The notes under the pieces are model-generated. The model was not told where the DNA came from and made no database searches. It saw only the letters and a program-made list of their open reading frames with translations. A program made the position numbers and the translations under genes. A DNA stretch of 64,000 nucleotides from Selaginella moellendorffii (lineage: Eukaryota; Plantae; Lycopodiophyta): positions 2,840,819 to 2,904,818 of the forward strand of contig NW_003314272.1 of NCBI RefSeq assembly GCF_000143415.4, read 5' to 3'. Shown here one piece after another: positions 1-12,877 of the stretch; position 1 is the stretch's first letter, and each line of letters opens with the position of its first letter.

Positions 1-2386
1 TGATATAGACTAATTTGCCATTCTTTAGGATGGTAGATTCTTTCTTCGACAATGATTATGCATCTCTTTATTGATGGGATGATTAATGATCTTTCGTGAT
101 GGTTAATTGTTCTCCTTGATGGCTTTTGGCTTTTCGCAATACTACATGTTCTTTGTGGTTTGCTTTGGATTAGTCTCTTGGGTTTGAAACATCCGTAGGA
201 TGTTGCTAACACTTGTTTGAGCAACTCTGGTTCCTTCGTGTTATTGACTGGGATCTATTCAGATTGACTTCTATGATAGTTGGCATGAATGGGTGTTTGT
301 TGGTCTTACCGCATTCATTCTGTTCTGTTGATTATTGCTCGAGTTAGTTCTGATAGGTTGGGATGTTATTTCCTTCGGATGATACATTCGCGAGTATTAT
401 GCTTGTTAGTCAATGATACTTTGTGCTCTTTGAGTTATCTCTAGTAAGTTGTTGGTTTACTGTCTACTATCTTTGGTAGTTAAGTTTCATCATTGAGTTT
501 CCTTGATGATATACTAGCTATTGAATTTTGTTGGATGGTGCATTATGTGTTTACTAGTTACAATGATCTTGGTGGTTTCTATACTATACTACTAGTTTAT
601 CGGATGATAACTTACTTGGAATACTTTTGTGTTCTAATCTAAGATATACTCACTGATAATTAAGTCTCTAAGATATCATTGTCTATGACTTTGATATAGT
701 CCATTTATTAATCTTTGAGTTTGGGCCAGTATAGGCAGACTGACTTCGGCACTTCGTGTGCATGCTGAAATCTTTAGTCATGGGTTAGCTACTATCAACT
801 GGTCACATAACTTGCCTCTCTGTCGATGTTCTTTATTCCATTAAAAGGGCGTGACCGTGTAAACAACTTTAACTACCTATTTACAGTAGTCTATCTAAAC
901 CTTACCAACGGGTTTGGTTTCTTTGCTCAGGAGGGTTGGGGCTTTTTGCTTCTCTCTCTATGTTCCTACAGGCAGGGGCGTATCACACTTTTGTAAGCTG
1001 GGTGACTCCCAGAGCAGCAAGGGTGGCTAACTCCGTTGGTCATTTCCTTGTCGGCGACGGCCAGAAAGTGTCTGAGTTGGTAGCGCATCCGCGTTAGACA
1101 AAGAGGTTGCCTCCTAACTCATTTAAGTTGGTGCATTTCTCACATAGTGTGAGTACTATGAACTTTTTCTGGAGTTGTTTCCTTGGCGGTATTCTAGTCT
1201 CAAGTGTGCATCGACAAGGACGTCGATCTTCCCTAGGGGGAGAGAGTGTCGCGAATGTGACTTCGGGTATCGAAAGTTACCTGTCGGTTAGTCCTTTTGG
1301 ATATTCTTTCTTTACTGCCACGACGGCAGGAGGTTGGTATTGCTGGACCCGTTATTAGTCTCCACTTAAGATAGTTGAGAAATTGGTCATCACATGTGCA
1401 CTTAGACCGGAAGGGCACTAAGGAAGGAAATCTTAAGTTGTCATTTAGTCAAGCAGACTTGACACGGTGATGAGAAACTCATGATGTTGACTTGCACTTG
1501 CTAGTGTTGGGAACCCCTGCGATATTGAGCTTGGTCCCTCAATATCACTAGATGATAGCTTACTGTGTCTGCCAAACACCCTTGCTATCATGCCCTTTGT
1601 GTTAGTTTCATTTCGGTCTCAAATGCTATTTATGGAAAGTGTCCAGATTTGCTCACTTGGCATATTTACAGAATGTAGAGATCGTCCTGAACACAATGGT
1701 GTTCGTCCCGTGTCCAAATTCACAATCTAGGGACATTCCATATTTAGTAAGTTTGGAGTTTGTCCTAGAGACTAACTCTTGATACTAAGGGAAGCTTGGG
1801 GTGAAAGCCCAAAGTATGTGTTCCTCAAAGGGGGGGGGGGGGGGGGGGCGGGTTCCAAATATATAGTAGGGATAGTGGGTAGGTCGGGCATGGCCGACCA
1901 ACCTGAGGCATAATCTAGCTCTCGCTTGCGTGCTTGTCCTTGTTTTGCGTCCGGCTTGGGTCTAAGCCCAAGTTCCATTCCATGCTAGCTGGTGGAGTAC
2001 CCATGTTCTCGCGTTAGGCCACCGGTATGTCAAAATAGCACCAGACTCCATTTGGCTCCATTTTGCGTGCTGGTTCTGGCATTGGGATGCTGATTACTCT
2101 AAGACTGTTTTAAGTCGCTCCGGGCTCCTGTCCCTTTGCTCTTTGGGCTTTATGCTCAGGAGTTGCTCTATGGTTTGGTTCCATCACTCTTTGGCTCCAT
2201 GCTTAGGATTTTGGCACCGTTCTTTTGTTTAGTGGCCCAAGGCCTTGAACCTCGGGTTCCTATGGACACGTGGCATGTGACACGTGGCATCTGTCACGTG
2301 GCACAAAGAGGGTTTAGGTTCCGCTTCGTGGTGTTATCCTATGGTAAATCACCATAGGATAAAGGGTCAAAACCACGTGCGCTACA
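1..2386 (+). mobile_element. 3' part of LTR family C element (decayed internal region, PPT and 3' LTR); 5' part lies outside the window
   Basis: PPT AGGGGGAGAGAG at 1235-1246, then an LTR TGTCGCGAAT...GCGCTACA that is homologous to 40199-42040. No intact ORF in 1-1246. Confidence 0.8.
1247..2386 (+). repeat. Family C 3' LTR (~1140 bp)
   Basis: TG...CA ends; colinear with the LTR at 40199-42040, which is followed by a PBS. Confidence 0.9.
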
Positions 2387-2482
2387 CTAATAATCAACTG
2401 TGGAAAAGGCTCTATTAGATCAAATACCACTAATTCAAATGGACAAGAAATTGATTCCAACTATCACTTTGCAGCACTAAGG
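2387..2482 (-). pseudogene. Ancient gypsy element E, integrase core fragment
   Basis: Minus-strand translation LESISCPFELVVFDLIEPFPQ matches the PFExVxxDxxGPLP integrase motif. Confidence 0.6.
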
Positions 2483-3059
2483 TGTAAGCAACCAAAGGGA
2501 ATAACTCAAGAGACGATCGATAAAGGTTTAAATATAAAGAGAGCACCCCTTTTTCCAATCGGTTAAGGATTTTAGGATATTTGGGGTTAAGCATCATTAA
2601 GTTTGAATAGTACTGGGTTGGGTGACCTCCTGGGAAGTCTAAATTCAGGAGATTACATTTGGTATCAGAGGGGTCTCAAGTTTGACTCTGTTAGTTAGCT
2701 TAGGGGAATCACAACATTGATTGATATTTGATAGGTCCAATTTGCTCCACTGGGCTCGACCTGAGGGGTAGGGTGTCAAAAGATTGGGGCTCTTGAGAGA
2801 ATTGTAGCTTTCAGTTTTCGTTCACGAGGGCGTGAACTTGTAAAGAAGTGTGGTGGATTATAAAAAACCAAAAGAAACGACTTGAGAAACAATCTATAGG
2901 GGTTCAAATATAGAGGGAAAGGGTCTATGAACAAGAATGCACCCTTTTATTTTTTTTCAATCGGTTAAAAGTTTTAAGATATTTGGGGTTAAGCATCCTT
3001 GGGTTTGAATAATACTGGGCTGGGTGACCTCCTAGAAAGTTCAAATTTAGGAGTTTACA
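2483..3059 (+). mobile_element. Cassandra-type TRIM with 5S rRNA-derived LTRs (LTRs 2483-2657 and ~2859-3059; PBS 2660-2670)
   Basis: Two ~175-200 bp direct repeats ending TTACA. Each has the 5S internal control region (GTTAAGC...TAGTACTGGGTTGGGTGACCTCCTGGGAAGTC). tRNA-Met PBS TGGTATCAGAG and a purine-rich PPT are present. TSD is degenerate (taagg/tagag). Confidence 0.85.
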
Positions 3060-3230
3060 TAGAGGAGTAATATGGCCTTAGCACCAGCCATAATTATATA
3101 TATATTGAATAATATCACATCACATCTTCAACCAATAAAGAGATTTATATAACTTCTCAATCATATGCCAATGTCCTATATGCCCACATAGAATATGAGA
3201 GTTATGATAAACATAGAGAAAATGTGGAAT
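3060..3230 (-). pseudogene. Ancient gypsy element E, integrase zinc-binding fragment
   Basis: YHNSHILCGHIGHWHMIEKLYKSLYWLKM fits the HHCC region of gypsy integrase. Confidence 0.65.
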
Positions 3231-6200
3231 ATTGCCTTTCCCACAATTCGCCCAACACATTAGTGTTCTTGGCCTAACTTTGCCTTTTGGATTCTTTCCT
3301 ATGATTCCCATGACTCTATTTTTTTTTTTAGCCATTAGTCTTTTGCTCCTATCCTTGAGTGCTGGACCTAACAATATTGGATCACTACCTCTATTCTTGA
3401 GGTATCCTTTCAATTCCATAGTAAAGACTTTGCTTTGCCAAGTCCAAAGGGTGTTCACCCCTAGTACGTCTCTTTAGCATTTTCTACTGTGGGCCCTATC
3501 TCTGGCCCAACTTTATGACCCTCATATGGGTCTCTTATAAAGACTACTTTCTTTGGATTCACTATGCTATCGCATAGTCACAGATCATTTCCCTTAGGTG
3601 TTCTTTCCACTTGGTCACCTTGACCAAGCCACACCATCATCAATAGTTTAAATCAACACTTTAAACTAGGACCTTTATCCTTTAACCTCACAAGGACCTT
3701 GTCCTTGTTTTAGCCATAAGATCATTTTGTGATCTAACCTTGGGACCTTAACAAGTTTTCCAATAGGCACTAAATCCTCTAGACCTTTAAGTTGTTCACC
3801 ATGACCCCGGGGGCATCCCCCACACTTGGCGGTGCACCCAAGCCAACCCTTCTGGCTAAGGGTCCATAGCAACTGAGACTGGGTATCCCCATCTTATTCA
3901 CCACGTCCTTGGTGCCACTCGCACCAAAGTGTTCAAGTTAGATATGCCGAGCCACACTAAACAATCTAATTGTGCATCACGATTGTAGGGCATCCTCCGC
4001 TTGGCAGTATGCCCAAGCCAGTCTTCTTATTGAGAGTCCATGACCACTGAAAAATGAGTGTCCTCATATTTCAAACCATCACTGTGCCCTAGTGAGTTGG
4101 GACTCAAACCCAAGCACTAAAGGGTCGGGACTCGAACCCAACCTCCATATATGCATTTATGGATGGCATCACACAGGATGCTTGGCGTGACTCTCCACGC
4201 CAGTGCACCAACATGTACTTAAAACGTGCTATAGATCACAGCTTAAGAACCTAGTTCCTCCGCACTGTTGTGAGACACAAAATCCCTAGGCCCCAAAGTG
4301 GAGCCGGAAAGGGTGCCACGTGGTAGTGGCTGAAGCGAGAGCCAAACGAGCGTAACACGTTTGGACCAAAAGCTCCGACTTGAAAAGTCAAGAGCGGGAG
4401 TGGAACTCCCAACGAAGTGCTCGAGGAACGAGCACGAAGCGAGCAAAAAGCGAGGCTCCAAAAAGGGACCCAAAAGGACCAACACATGACACGTGGAAGT
4501 GTCCGAGATGGACTCGAGTTGGAGTCCGAAGTGGAGTCCGAGATGGACTCGAGTTAGAGTCCGAAGTGGAGTCTGAGATGGACTCGAGTTGGAGTCCGAA
4601 GTGGAGTCCGAGATGGACCCGAGTTGGAGTCCGAAGTGGAGTTCGAGATGGACCCGAGTTGGAGTCCGAAGTGGAGTCCGAGATGGACCCGAGATGGAGT
4701 CCGAGGTGGACCCGAGATGGACCCGAGATGGAGTCCGAGAGTCATCACATGGACAAGTAGTCCTAAGGGGCAGAGGTTGCCCCAGAGAACAAAAACAAGT
4801 GTCAGCGTAACACTTGTGAAAATAGTTCTTCTGAGTAGGACAGGAATGCAGGAAGGGTATTCCAGTGAGCTAGTGCCTCACAAGTGGAACCTTACGGGTC
4901 CGTGGATTAACCAAGTCCAAAACTGCTGGATGACTCAAGTAGAGTGAAGGGATGGTCCTAAAAGGACTGATGGAAGCAGTTTGACTGAGGTGTGTTGTAC
5001 CCCACGAAGGATGGGGGGGGATCATAGGATCCAAGGATGAGAACAGAGGGTATCTCATCGATGGCAAAATGTGCCATGCTAAAGTTGTGGGAAAGGTGTT
5101 CCCAAAAAGAAAACAACTTTGACACAAAGTTGTGTGTGACCTCTATAGTGCAGTGCTAACCAATGGTTGGCATGAGAAAGAGCGGTATTGGTCTTGGCAA
5201 AGACTTATACACAAAGAAGAAGTGTCATAGAGGTAGGCTCGTGAAGCCGATGGTGTGGAAACACAAAATGGGCCAAGGCGTGATACCTTGAGGCTATGTT
5301 GGTGGGTTCGTGAGAACCCCTTGCCAAAAGAATCCCAATGGAAATGGGAATGGCATAGCCTAAGCGTCAGAGCATGCAGTTGGAGTGTGGTGACCCAGAT
5401 AATGATGGAGGTGTGGAAGCACCAGCAATGAGTTATAGGACTTGACAACTATGAGACAACTAAACAAGAGGTGCAAAATAATTGGTTAAACGGGTAGAAG
5501 GTAGCTACCCAAGCCTTCTTAATGGCATAGGAAAGTTGGACGTACCCTTACGGGGGATAAGTTGCTTATGTTGCGATATAGTAAGTTAATGTCATAAAAG
5601 GAAATACTCATTATCAAGGAAGCCATCATTGGGACACCCGAACACTCTAGAACACTAGGAGGTGGTGTTTGATGTCGCGAGGGCAATGGATAAGGCCCAA
5701 GGGACTAAGTCCCTAGCAAATGATGGATAGAAGGTGCTATCCAAATGTCCAAGGTTGCGGAGACAGGAGAAGACTGTCTACCCGAGTTGGACAAAGCCAA
5801 AAAATGGAATTTTGGCAAGGCTAGTGATGGGCATGTAAAGGCCCATAAACAACAATGTAATCCCAGTGTGTGGGATTATAAAGTGAGCATACCTGGATTG
5901 AGGAACCACTTCCTAGGCTATTGGGTAGGTTCATCCTTAAGAATACTTGCTAAGGCATGATAGAAAGTGCAAAGCCATCCTCCTGGTCTGGAGGAGAATG
6001 ACCAAAGGAAAGGTGTGAAGCCAAAAGCAAGAAGTAAGGGGATAGAACCGAATCATAGGAATCGAAAGGCATAACCAAGGTTGGTTATGCCAGCTGGGAG
6101 TGGAGAATCAAGTGGGGGCTCGAGGGTGTTGCCGCTAGCAACTGTGATACCATGGAGAGTCTAAAACATGGAATTGTCCATGTTAGACTATATGGTAATT

Positions 6201-8127
6201 GGAAAGCTTACAAAAAAGGAGGCCTTAGCAAGCTAAGGGACAAAGTTCCTTCAAGGTTCCCAAAGAGGATTCTAGGTAGCTTAGTACCTAGAAAGACCAA
6301 GCGTAAATGGTTCAAGGAACGCGCGAAATCGGAGTGGCGCAGCAGAAGCGTGGTCTTGAAGCTTGCCATGAGGCAAGGCTATCAAGGTTAGGGAAGTAGT
6401 TCCCGAGTGTTCAAAGAGAGGGCTTTGAACGAAAGTTAATGGTTAAGGACTTCCACGCTTATGCATGAACCATGTTACGGTGGCCGGATGACTTGCTAAG
6501 TGAGATTGGCAAGTTGGGGGGAACAAATACCCTAGTTGAAGGTGCTAACTTCAAAAAAGGTGGCCCATGGGGCCAAGCATGGAGGAGCCCATGCATGATC
6601 ACAGATATGTCAAGTGAGAGGACTTGGCAGTGTGGGGGAACTAGGTTCCTAAGCTGTGATCTGTAGCGCGCTTTGAAAATAGGTTGGTGCACCGGCGTGG
6701 GGAGTCACGCCAGGCATCTAGTGTGATGCCGTCCGTAGATGCATATACGGAGGTTGGGTTCGAGTCCCGACCCTCTAGTGTTTGGGTTCGAGTCCCAAAT
6801 CACTAGGGCGTGGTGATGGTTTGGAATATGAGGACACACATATTTCGGTGGTCATGGACTCTCAGTGGGGAGACTGGTTTGGGCACACCGCCAAACGAGG
6901 GATGCCTCGGAGTCGTGATGCACGGTTAGATTGCTTAGTGTGAAAGCTCGGCATATCTAACTTGAACGCTTTGGTGCAAGTGGCACCAAGGACGTGGTGA
7001 GTGAGATGGGGACACCTAATCTCAGTTGCTATGGACCCTTGGCCGGAAGGGCTGGCTTGGGTGCACCGCCAAGTGTGGGGGATGCCCCCAGGGTTGTAGT
7101 TAACAAGTTAAAGGTCTGGAAGACCTAGTATCTATTGGCAAACCTGTTAAGGTGCCGAGGTGAGATCACTAGGTGATCTTGTGGCTAAATAAGGACAAGG
7201 TCCTTGTTTGGGTTAAGGAATAAGGTTCCTAGTTCAAAGTGTTGATTTGAACTATTGATGATAGTGTGGCTTGGTCAAGGTGACCAAGTGGGAAAAGCAC
7301 CTTAGGGAAATGAGCTATGTCATTGCGATGGCATAGTGTGTCTAAGGAAAGTAGTCTCTAAAGAGACCCATGAGAGGGTCACAAAGTTGGGCCGAGGATA
7401 GAGCCCACAGCAGAAGATGCTAAAAGAGACTTACTAGGGGTGAACACCCTAGTCTTGGCAAAGCAGAGCCTTTGCTATGGAATCAAAAGAACACCTCAAG
7501 GAGGGAGGTAGAGATTCGATGTTGCTTGGTGCAACAATCAATGGATAGGAGCAAAAGATGAGTGGCTAAGATAGGGCCGTGGAATCCCTTGGAAGGAATC
7601 CAAGTGGCAAAGTTAGGCAAGGAACACTAATGTGTTGGACGCTAACAAATTGCGGGAAAGGAAGTGTGTTTCCAAGGATGGATTCCGAATTGCTCCGATT
7701 TGGCGAAAGTGGAAGCTCCAAGGGAGGGAGCAATAAGGTAGCCAACTGATAAGATCATGAACAGCCCTAGCACAAAGTATGATGAATGGAACTTAGTGCC
7801 CAAGGTGGCACGAAATAGAAGAGAGGATGATGGTGCCCTCAAGTAATGAACTTCCTAAGATAGGGAAGTGGAGTTGCACAATCTGTGCAATGCAAGGTGT
7901 TGGGGACACCTAGGAAATTGACTTCCAAAAGTCAAAAGAGTAAAAGTTCCAAGGTGCAAACATTCAATAGATGGAAATTGAGACTACTCGAGAAGGAGTA
8001 GTGGGATTGACTTAGAGAAGGGTCTCTAAGAGGTTTAGCGAGAACTAAACCAATAAAAGGAGAGAACCACTACATGTGGTCCAATCAGTCTCTAAGTTGG
8101 AAAGACTACCCTCCTTAGAGGATGGGC

Positions 8128-8260
8128 AAGGCATGGTCAGCCTTTGGTGTCAAACCATTGACGAATATGCAGAAGGCATGGTGAGCCTTCAATGTCAAAC
8201 CATTGATAAATATGGAGAAGGCATGGTAAGCCTTCAATGTCAAACCATTGACAAATATTG
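8128..8260 (+). repeat. Three tandem 45-bp repeats upstream of the PPT in family A (also ~26817-26950)
   Basis: GCATGGTNAGCCTT...TGTCAAACCATTGA units at 8131, 8176 and 8221. Confidence 0.85.
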
Positions 8261-8362
8261 GCTAGGTGCCAAGAATGGAAATGGTAACACATGCGAGTGT
8301 TACTTTACAAAATGGTTTACCGTTCGATGAGGACATCGAACTTCGTCTATGGGTGGTGGAGT

Positions 8363-9986
8363 TGTGAGACACAAAATCCCTAGGCCCCAAAGTGGAGCCG
8401 GAAAGGGTGCCACGTGGTAGTGGCTGAAGCGAGAGCCAAACGAGCGTAACACGTTTGGACCAAAAGCTCCGACTTGAAAAGTCAAGAGCGGGAGTGGAAC
8501 TCCCAACGAAGCGCTCGAGGAACGAGCACGAAGCGAGCAAAAAGTGAGGCTCCAAAAAGGGACCCAAAAGGACCAACACATGACACGTGGAAGTGTCCAA
8601 GATGGACTCGAGTTGGACTCCGAAGTGGAGTCCGAGATGGACTCGAGTTGGAGTCCGAAGTGGAGTCCGAGATGGACCCGAGTTGGAGTCCGAAGTGGAG
8701 TCCGAGATGGACCCAAGTTGGAGTCCGAAGTGGAGTCCGAGATGGACCCGAGATGGAGTCCGAGATGGAGTCCGAGATGGAGTCCGAGATGGAGTCCGAA
8801 GTCGAGACCGAGACCGGGACCGAGACTGAGACCGAGACCGAGACCGAGACCGAGATCGGGACCGAGAACGAGACTGAGGCCAAGGCCGAGACCGAGATCG
8901 AGCCCGAGCCCGAGTCCGAGTCCGAGTCCGAGTCCGAGTCCGAGTCCGAGTCCGAGTCCGAGTCCGAGTCCGAGTCCGAGTCCGAGTCTGAGAGGGTGAA
9001 AGCCCAAAGCGTTCGCCTCCCAGACCCTGGGGGGTTTGGTGAGCTCCAAAAGTATAGTAGGGGGAGGACTGCAGTGGAGCCAATTTGGCCAGGAAAGGCC
9101 AGTTTGGCCCAGGAAGGCCGGACCCAGTGTTGGGTGATGAGCTGCCCACTAGGAAGTCCAAGACTAGAGTGAACACAGACCGACAAACGGGGTAGCTTGG
9201 TGAAGTGTTCAAGAGCCGACTCTAGTTCCCCCGGGAGATCGACTGGCCGATGCTCCCAGTCCAAGTGTGGGTGGCACTACCTACTTGGATACCTGGTGTG
9301 GCTCAACGGAACCCGCTCTAAGCCCATGGCTAGAGCACCCAAGGGCAGAAGGCGAGGAGAGTACCCAGGTGGCTCGCGTAAGGCCACGGTGTTCCGAAAT
9401 GTTGTCCCAAAGGCCCAAACTGTGGAAAGGAAGAGGAGCAGTCCTCTGGGGTAGTGACCAAGGACACAGTCGTGTGGTGAGGAAGTCCCAGAGGACCGTG
9501 GGACTTAGTGGTCGGGCCTGTGGGTCTCGATCCAGTGGCAGTGTTGGCAAACATGGCCAGGGGCAGAAAGGGACTTAGTGGGGACTGACAGAGGGATATT
9601 GGGGAAGGCTATTCCCCTTGTTGGTGGGCATCCTAAGGATGCTAAGGAGTGGATCTGAGATGACCACTCACGGATGGTTTGCCTAGTCTTGGAGAGCCAA
9701 GACGGTGATGCAAGTGGTATTGGACTACCAGTGTGGCAAAGGTGATTGGGCATGGCCTTAGCGTAACGGGCTGCTATGTCGGTGCTACCTTTGAGTGTCG
9801 GTCATGGGATCGGACACGTGGAGCACTGGGACCAAGTGCAAATGTTGAGTGGCATGGATGCCATTCTCAGGGCTAGCAAGTCCCAAGTCCTGGATTGGAC
9901 TTATGGAGGTTGTGAATGAGACTCCTCCAAGTGGTCAGAGGTGTGGTTAAGTGACTAAAGTAGAATGGAAAATTTAGTCGCTTACA
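8363..9986 (+). repeat. A1 3' LTR (1624 bp) with GAGTCC/GAGATG/GAGACC tandem arrays
   Basis: TG...CA ends; follows the PPT; homologous to the other A LTRs. Confidence 0.92.
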
Positions 9987-11393
9987 ACTGCCAAGTCCTC
10001 TCACCTGGCAAGTCTGTGATCATGCATGGACTCCTCCATGCTTGGCCCCATGGGCCACCCTTTTTGAAGTTAGCACCTTCGATTAGAGGATTTGTTCCCC
10101 TAACTTGCCAATCTCACTTAGCAAGTCATCCGGCCACCGTAACATAGTTCATGCATAAGCATGAAAGTCCTTAACCATTGACTTTCGTTCAAAGCCCTTT
10201 TTTTGAACACTTAGGATTCCCCAACCTTGATAGCCTTGCCTCATGGCCAGCTTCAAGACCATGCTTTTGCTGCACCACTCTGATTTTATGCGCTCTAGGA
10301 ACCATTTACACTTGGCTTTCTAAGTACTTATTTACCTAGAATTGTCTTTGGGAACCTTCAAGGAACTTTGTTCCTTAGCTTACTAAGGCTTCTCTTTTGC
10401 AAGCTCCCTACTCACCATATGGTTTAACATGGATAATTTCACATTTTAGACTTTCTATGGCATCGCGGTTACTAGTAACAACATCCTTGAACACTCTCTT
10501 GATTCTCCATTCCCAACTTGCATAACCATCGTTGGTTATGCCCTTCGATTTTTATGGTTCAGTTCCATCCTAATACTACTTACCTTTGGCCTCATATGTT
10601 TCCTTTGTTTATTCTCCTCCAGACTAAGAGGATAGCTTTGCACATTCTACCATGCCTTAGCAAGTATTCATAGGGATAAATCTACCCAATAGCTTAGGTA
10701 GTGGTTCCTCAATCTGGGCATGCTCATCTTATAATCCCACATACCGGGATTAACGTTGCTACTTATGGGCCTCTATATGCCCATCACTAGCCTTGCCAAA
10801 ATCCCATTTTTGGTTTTGTCCAAATTAGGTAAATAGATTTCTTCTATCTCCAGAACCTTGGATGTTTGGATAACACCTCCTATCCATCATTCGCTAAAGA
10901 CTTAGTCCCTTGGGCCTTACCTAATGCCCTTGCGACTCCAAACTCCACTTCCTGGTATTTTAGAGTGTTTGGGTGTCCCAATGATGGCTTTCTTTGGCAA
11001 TGAGCATTCTTTTACGACATTGACTTACTATATCGTAACATAAGTAGTTCTCCCCCATAAGGGTATATTTAACTTCTTTATCCAATAAAAAGTCTTAGAT
11101 AACTACTTTCTACCAATTTAACCAATTATTTTGCACCTTTTGCTTAGTTGCCTCATAGTTGTCAAGTCCTACAACTCATTGCTGATGCTTCCACACCTCC
11201 ATCATTATTGGCCCTTTTCTATCCACCACCTCGCCTACAAGTTCACACATGAATTGTAGTGGAGAGTCATGTCTTCCCGACCTGCTACTCCTCAAGGATA
11301 GGCCCACTCCTAGGACCTTCCGATGCCAACACCAGTGGTAATATACTTGAGCACAACTAAAAGTCAGACTAAGGAACAACTTCGATACCAAGT

Positions 11394-12877
11394 TGTAAAC
11401 GACTAAATTTTTCCATTCTACTTTAGTTACTTAACCACACCTCTGACCACTTGGAGGAGTCTCACTCACAACCTCCATAAGCCCTATTTCAGACTTGGGC
11501 TTGCTAGCCCTGAGAATGACATCCTTGCCACTCAACCTTTGCACTTGGTCCAAGTGCTCCACGTGTCCGATCCCATGACTAACACCCTAAGGTACCATCG
11601 ACATATCAGCCTATTATGCTAAGGCCATGCCCCTTCACCTTGGTCACATCAGTGGTCTAACACCACCTGCATCACAGTCCTATCTCTCAAGGACTAAACC
11701 ATCCATCCATGAGTGATCATCCTAGATCCACTCCTTAGCATCCTTAAGATGCCCGCAGATATGGGGAATAGCCTTCCCCAATATCCCTTTTCTGGTCCCC
11801 ACCAAGTCCCTTTTTGCCCATGGCCGTGGTCGCCAACACTGCACTAGATCAAGGCCCACAGGCCCGACCACTAAGTCCCACGGTCCTATGGGACTTCCTC
11901 ACCATACGGCTGTATCCTTAGTCATTACACCAGAGGACTACTCTTCTTCCTTTCCACAGTCTGGGCCTTTGGGACAACATTTCGGAACACTATGGCCCTA
12001 TACGAGCCTCATGGGTACTCTCCCCACCTTTCACCTTTGGGTGCTCTATCCATGGGCTTAGAGCGAGGTTCTGTTGAGCCGCGCCAGGTATCCAAATAGG
12101 TAGTGTCACCCACACTTGGACTGGGAGCATCGACCATTCGATCTCTCGGGGGAACTAGAGCCAGCTCTTAAACACTTCACCAAGTTACCCCGCTTGTCAG
12201 TCTGCATTCATTCTAGTCTTGGATTTCCCAGTGGTCAACTCATCACTCAACACCTAGGTACAGCCTTCTTGGGCCAAACTGGCCTTTCTTGGCTAAACTA
12301 ACTCCACTGGGCTCCAACCCCCACACTCTCCCTACTATACTTTTGGAACCCCCCCTGGGGGACGATCACTTTGGGCTTTCACCCAATAGCCTGTAGTAGT
12401 ATTCTGACTCGAATTTGGACTCGGACTCGGTCTTGATCTTGGTTTCGGACTCGGACTCGGTCTTGGTCTCGGTTCCATCTCGGACTCCATCTCGGACTCC
12501 ATCTCGGGTCCATCTCAGACTCCATCTCGGATCCATCTCGACTCCATCTCGGGTCCATCTCGGACTCCATCTTGGACTCCATCTCGGGTCCATCTCGGAC
12601 TCCATCTTGGACTCCATCTCAAACTCCATCTTGGTCTCCATCTCAGACTTATCCACGTGTCATGTGTTGGTCCTTTTGGGTCCCTTTTTGGAGCTTTGCT
12701 TATTGCTTGCTTCGTGCTCGTTCCTCGAGCACTTTGGTGGGAGTTCCACTCCTGTTCTCGACCTTTCAAATCGGAGCTTTAGTCCAAACGTGATATGCTT
12801 GTTTGGCTTTCGCTTTGGCCACTACCATGTGGCACCCTTTCGGCTCCACTTTGGGCCTAGGGATTTTGTGTCTCACA
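11394..12877 (-). repeat. A0 5' LTR
   Basis: Reverse complement of the A LTR, next to a reverse-strand PBS. Confidence 0.88.

Larger units (their letters stand above)
4269..9986 (+). mobile_element. Family A non-autonomous LTR retrotransposon (LARD-like) A1, with a deleted 5' LTR/PBS
   Basis: Starts TGTGAGACAC and ends GTCGCTTACA. TSD ACTGT/ACTGC (the host site reads ACTGC). PPT at 8351-8361; 3' LTR 8363-9986. The 5' LTR breaks at ~4741 and jumps into internal sequence. Confidence 0.9.
3231..12877 (-). mobile_element. Older family A non-autonomous LTR element (A0), reverse orientation, lacking its 3' LTR, interrupted by A1
   Basis: 5' LTR 11394-12877 with PBS at ~11379-11390. Internal sequence at 9992-11393 and 3231-4263 is the reverse complement of family A internal DNA and joins up across A1. 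Confidence 0.85.

Noticed and set aside
2585-2640. 5S rRNA gene
   Set aside because: Only the internal control region is similar, and it lies within paired LTRs with PBS and PPT, i.e. a Cassandra element.
6752-6806. tRNA genes at GGTTCGAGTCCC motifs
   Set aside because: No D-arm, anticodon arm or acceptor stem; only isolated T-loop hairpins.
8262-9264. Long overlapping ORFs (SESESE, RTRTRT, LGLGLG), also at 21.1-22.2 kb, 26.9-28.2 kb, 32.1 kb, 38.4 kb and 45.7-46.4 kb
   Set aside because: They are open in several frames only because of stop-free hexamer arrays inside LTRs; not genes.
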